64,000 nt of DNA from an uncultured Nitrososphaerota archaeon. GTDB lineage: Archaea > Thermoproteota > Nitrososphaeria > Nitrososphaerales > Gagatemarchaeaceae. Shown here one piece after another: positions 61,387 to 64,000 of this stretch. The notes below the pieces were generated by a model. That model was not told the DNA's origin. It saw nothing but the letters and a program-made list of their open reading frames with translations, and ran no database searches. Position numbers and translations under genes: made by a program. Position 1 is the first letter of the stretch; every line of letters starts with the position of its first letter. Location: the NCBI GenBank assembly GCA_963718895.1, contig CAVRAG010000008.1, positions 832,001 to 896,000 of the forward strand, given 5' to 3'.

Positions 61387-62526
61387 TCAGACCTGCCTGT
61401 TCAGGACTGCAAGGTTCGGATCGACTCTGCAGCGGATGGGGTTGAGCGGCTTTGGTGAGTTGATCTGGATCATCGCCTCGCCGACCGGCAGCCGCCTGAG
61501 GGAGTCGGCTGTGGATGCCCCGCCCATGAAGAACCCTGCGGCGGTCTCGATGTCCTCGGCGTTGTTGAGCATGTGGCAGATGAGCGTGTTGCTGTTCGCG
61601 ATGATGTTGGGGCTCACGAGGATCGGCCTGGTGGCGCAGGTGATGAGCGAGAACCCGTACTTCCTCAGCTCGATGGCGCACCTCTCGGGGATGCTGATGT
61701 AGTCCCGCCTGTTCGGGCAGACGTGGTGGGCCTCGTCTATCACGAAGGCCAGGGAGATCGCGTCGCCCGAGGGCTTGCTCCTCCTCCTGACCTCCTCGTA
61801 GACCTGCTTGAGGACGACCTGGCTGAGCAGGTTCCTCGCGTTGTCGTCTGGGAGCACCGACAGGTCGATCACGGTCAGGTTCGGCTCGAAGAGCTGCGCC
61901 ACCCCGAAGGTACTGTAGGAGCGGTTGAAGGTCGCGCCCACCTTCGAGACCGTCAGCGGCCAGAGGCGCGATATGGCAGCCTCGATGGCCTCGGGCCAGC
62001 CGCCCTTGTCCTCGTTCTCGCTCATCAGCCTCTGGAGGTCCGCTATCAGATCCGTGATGGTGAGGACCTTCTTGGACCCGCGGTAGTGGCGGGACAGGGT
62101 GGTCCGGAGGACGCGACCCTGGAGCGGAGAGAGCTCCTGCAGGTAGGAGACGCGGTAGAAGTGGTCCACGAGCGACAGCCAGCCCTCCAGCTGCGTATCC
62201 AGGTCGCCCTCCTCGAGCCCGAAGAGCGCTATGGAGAGGTTCTCGCCGGGTCGGAGAGTGACGACCCTGTTGGCTCCGGCGAAGGCCTCGGCGTACTCGC
62301 CCGTCCTGTCGAGGACGACCGTCGGGACGCGGTTCCCGGCCAGGCCGGCGCACACGACCTTGGCGGTCGTGGACTTGCCCGAGCCCGTGGTGCCGGTGAT
62401 GTGGACGTGCCGGGCGAGCGACCGGAGCTCGAGGCGCACGTCGCCCTTGGGTTCCGGGTCCATCGCAAGCGTCGCACGGCCCAGGAGGACCGACGGCGTC
62501 TGCTTCGGTTGTACGGTGTTCTGCAT
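61387..62526 (-). CDS. HerA/DUF87-like P-loop ATPase ('HerA1')
   Basis: RHVHITGTTGSGKS, VLDRTGEY, VIDEAHH, ELRKYG. Paralog of HerA2. Confidence 0.92.
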   Translation of the reverse strand: MQNTVQPKQTPSVLLGRATLAMDPEPKGDVRLELRSLARHVHITGTTGSGKSTTAKVVCAGLAGNRVPTVVLDRTGEYAEAFAGANRVVTLRPGENLSIALFGLEEGDLDTQLEGWLSLVDHFYRVSYLQELSPLQGRVLRTTLSRHYRGSKKVLTITDLIADLQRLMSENEDKGGWPEAIEAAISRLWPLTVSKVGATFNRSYSTFGVAQLFEPNLTVIDLSVLPDDNARNLLSQVVLKQVYEEVRRRSKPSGDAISLAFVIDEAHHVCPNRRDYISIPERCAIELRKYGFSLITCATRPILVSPNIIANSNTLICHMLNNAEDIETAAGFFMGGASTADSLRRLPVGEAMIQINSPKPLNPIRCRVDPNLAVLNRQV

Positions 62527-62811
62527 GTTAGTAACGACGTCGTGACCATCGGATTAGCTCACGGTCTCGCTTTCGTGACCATGGAGGGCTCCACGGTCAC
62601 GTTTCCGGTACCATGCGTTGATTTGTCGGTCACGCGCATGATACCGTCGTGCCTCACTGAAGCGCATAGATGAACGCCCGATCGAAGGGTCGGGCGCGAT
62701 TTAGGCCTGTGCACGAGAGCGGTCTGCGACAAAGCGCGGTGAAGGTGGGGAGGCGACCGTGTACCGCACAGGAGGAAGGAAGGGAGGAATGACAGTGCAG
62801 CCACGTCAGCA

Positions 62812-63165
62812 CTACATCGCGTACAGGTAGGGCATGGTCGGCTCGAGCGTACCATCGACGGGGTTGACCTTGAGGCGCAGGGCTTCCAGGGTCGTCACGC
62901 CGAGCAGGAGCGCGTCTCCGGGCCCCACCAGGACGGTCACCGCCCTCTTCGAGGAACCATACTCGATCACGGCGTCGGCCAGACCCGCCTCCCTCGTCGT
63001 GCCGTCGGCGAGACTGACCTTGATGACCTCGTTCGGGGTTATCCCGAGCTCCCGGGCCAGCGAGGGCGAGAGCTTCGTGTAAAGCGCTCCCGTGTCGACG
63101 AGCATCTCCACATCCCTGTGGCCCTTCGTCCCATGCACCCGGACAACCACCCTGGTCTCTCCCAT
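62812..63165 (-). CDS. Clan AA (retropepsin-like) aspartyl protease
   Basis: LVDTGA, LADG, LLGVTTLEALRLKVNPV. Confidence 0.9.
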   Translation of the reverse strand: MGETRVVVRVHGTKGHRDVEMLVDTGALYTKLSPSLARELGITPNEVIKVSLADGTTREAGLADAVIEYGSSKRAVTVLVGPGDALLLGVTTLEALRLKVNPVDGTLEPTMPYLYAM

Positions 63166-63310
63166 CTTCATTGACTCACTGAAGACCAACGCCGGCAATA
63201 AACATTAGCGCCACGGTCGCCCGGCGCTGCAAACCACCTCCGGCTGCGTTTGCAACGGATGAAACCGATCACCGTTCCGTTGAGCCAAAACTCAAAGGAG
63301 GTGATAAGAA

Positions 63311-64000
63311 ATGGAAAGCAACGAAGGTACCAAACCCAAGAAGGCAGCAGGGGAGGAAGGACACAGAACGCGATGGCCAGAATACACAGACCTCGAAAGG
63401 CAGCTCCTCGACCACAAGTTTCGCCCGCCTGGTGACTGGGAATCCCTCGAATTCATGAACGACTTTTGGAACGTCGTCCACGATGAGAAGGATCTCCAGC
63501 AGTACCGAAGGCTGGCGAGAGTGTGGCAGATGAGATGCGCAGCACCCCCAATCCCATACAGCGAGATCGGCACAGCACTCGAGTTCGACAAGATCGAAGC
63601 GAACAGGATGTTCTCCGGAAAGAACCAGAGGACAAACCTCGCAGAGATGTACCTCAACCGCGCCATGCTCGGGAGACCGCGCAACGGCTGGAAGTGGATA
63701 CTCGAATGCACACCCAAACCGACCAATCCGTATCCCAAGGCGACACAAGTCCCCGAGCAGATCCGAGATTACGGCGACGTCCTCGAGTTCCTGAAGCAGT
63801 TCCCGCGGATTCCCGAATCGAACCCGAACCTCTCATTCTTCGGAGTGACGAGCGGATGGGCCGAGGCGCAGAGACCGCAGCTGTTCAGCTTCCTGCTCGC
63901 GTTCCTCGTCGGCGATGGTGGCAAGTACTACTCAGAGTACGAGAGTAGAGCGAGGCACTATCGGAAGGCGGCGATGACGACGAACATGAAGCGGACAGAC
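63311..64000 (+). CDS. Protein with a LAGLIDADG-like motif, running off the window end
   Basis: Open frame from ATG 63311 after a GGAGGTGA Shine-Dalgarno. Contains LFSFLLAFLVGDG. Confidence 0.6.
   Translation, partial: MESNEGTKPKKAAGEEGHRTRWPEYTDLERQLLDHKFRPPGDWESLEFMNDFWNVVHDEKDLQQYRRLARVWQMRCAAPPIPYSEIGTALEFDKIEANRMFSGKNQRTNLAEMYLNRAMLGRPRNGWKWILECTPKPTNPYPKATQVPEQIRDYGDVLEFLKQFPRIPESNPNLSFFGVTSGWAEAQRPQLFSFLLAFLVGDGGKYYSEYESRARHYRKAAMTTNMKRTD

Noticed and set aside
148-62673. Numerous long antisense or alternate-frame ORFs (e.g. 2586..3734, 44823..45887, 47381..48349, 61573..62673)
   Set aside because: Arg/Pro/Gly-rich shadows of real genes, expected at high GC3.

Overview
A high-GC archaeal accessory region, probably from a non-ammonia-oxidising Nitrososphaerota/Thaumarchaeota-type genome. 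This is inferred from the TFB paralogs, PEF-CTERM-like sorting signals and TATA-type promoters about 25 nt upstream of starts, which are often TTG. Many otherwise intact genes carry single-base frameshifts, which look like long-read consensus errors. Cargo includes an M20 dipeptidase, F420-dependent enzymes, a Tat DUF1800-DUF1501-cupredoxin operon, four Tat-exported FAD flavoproteins with a shared promoter motif, three TFB core-only paralogs, two M15-type Zn-peptidase proteins, a C39 peptidase cassette, many Ser/Thr-stalked surface proteins and at least eight toxin-antitoxin modules or remnants. The most striking structure is not in the ORF track. The cargo blocks are separated by same-orientation, variable-length, diverged copies of the 3' end of one HerA/DUF87-like ATPase gene (intact copy at 47198-48322), and by other recurring gene-end scars. 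Nearby are a second HerA-like ATPase and a wHTH / degenerate ATPase / RadA-paralog / membrane protein / wHTH operon with TTAC-N5-GTAA boxes. No integrase or transposase is visible. I infer a recombination-driven gene-capture hotspot beside a possible DNA-transfer or repair machine. All homology calls come from motif recognition by eye, not database searches.
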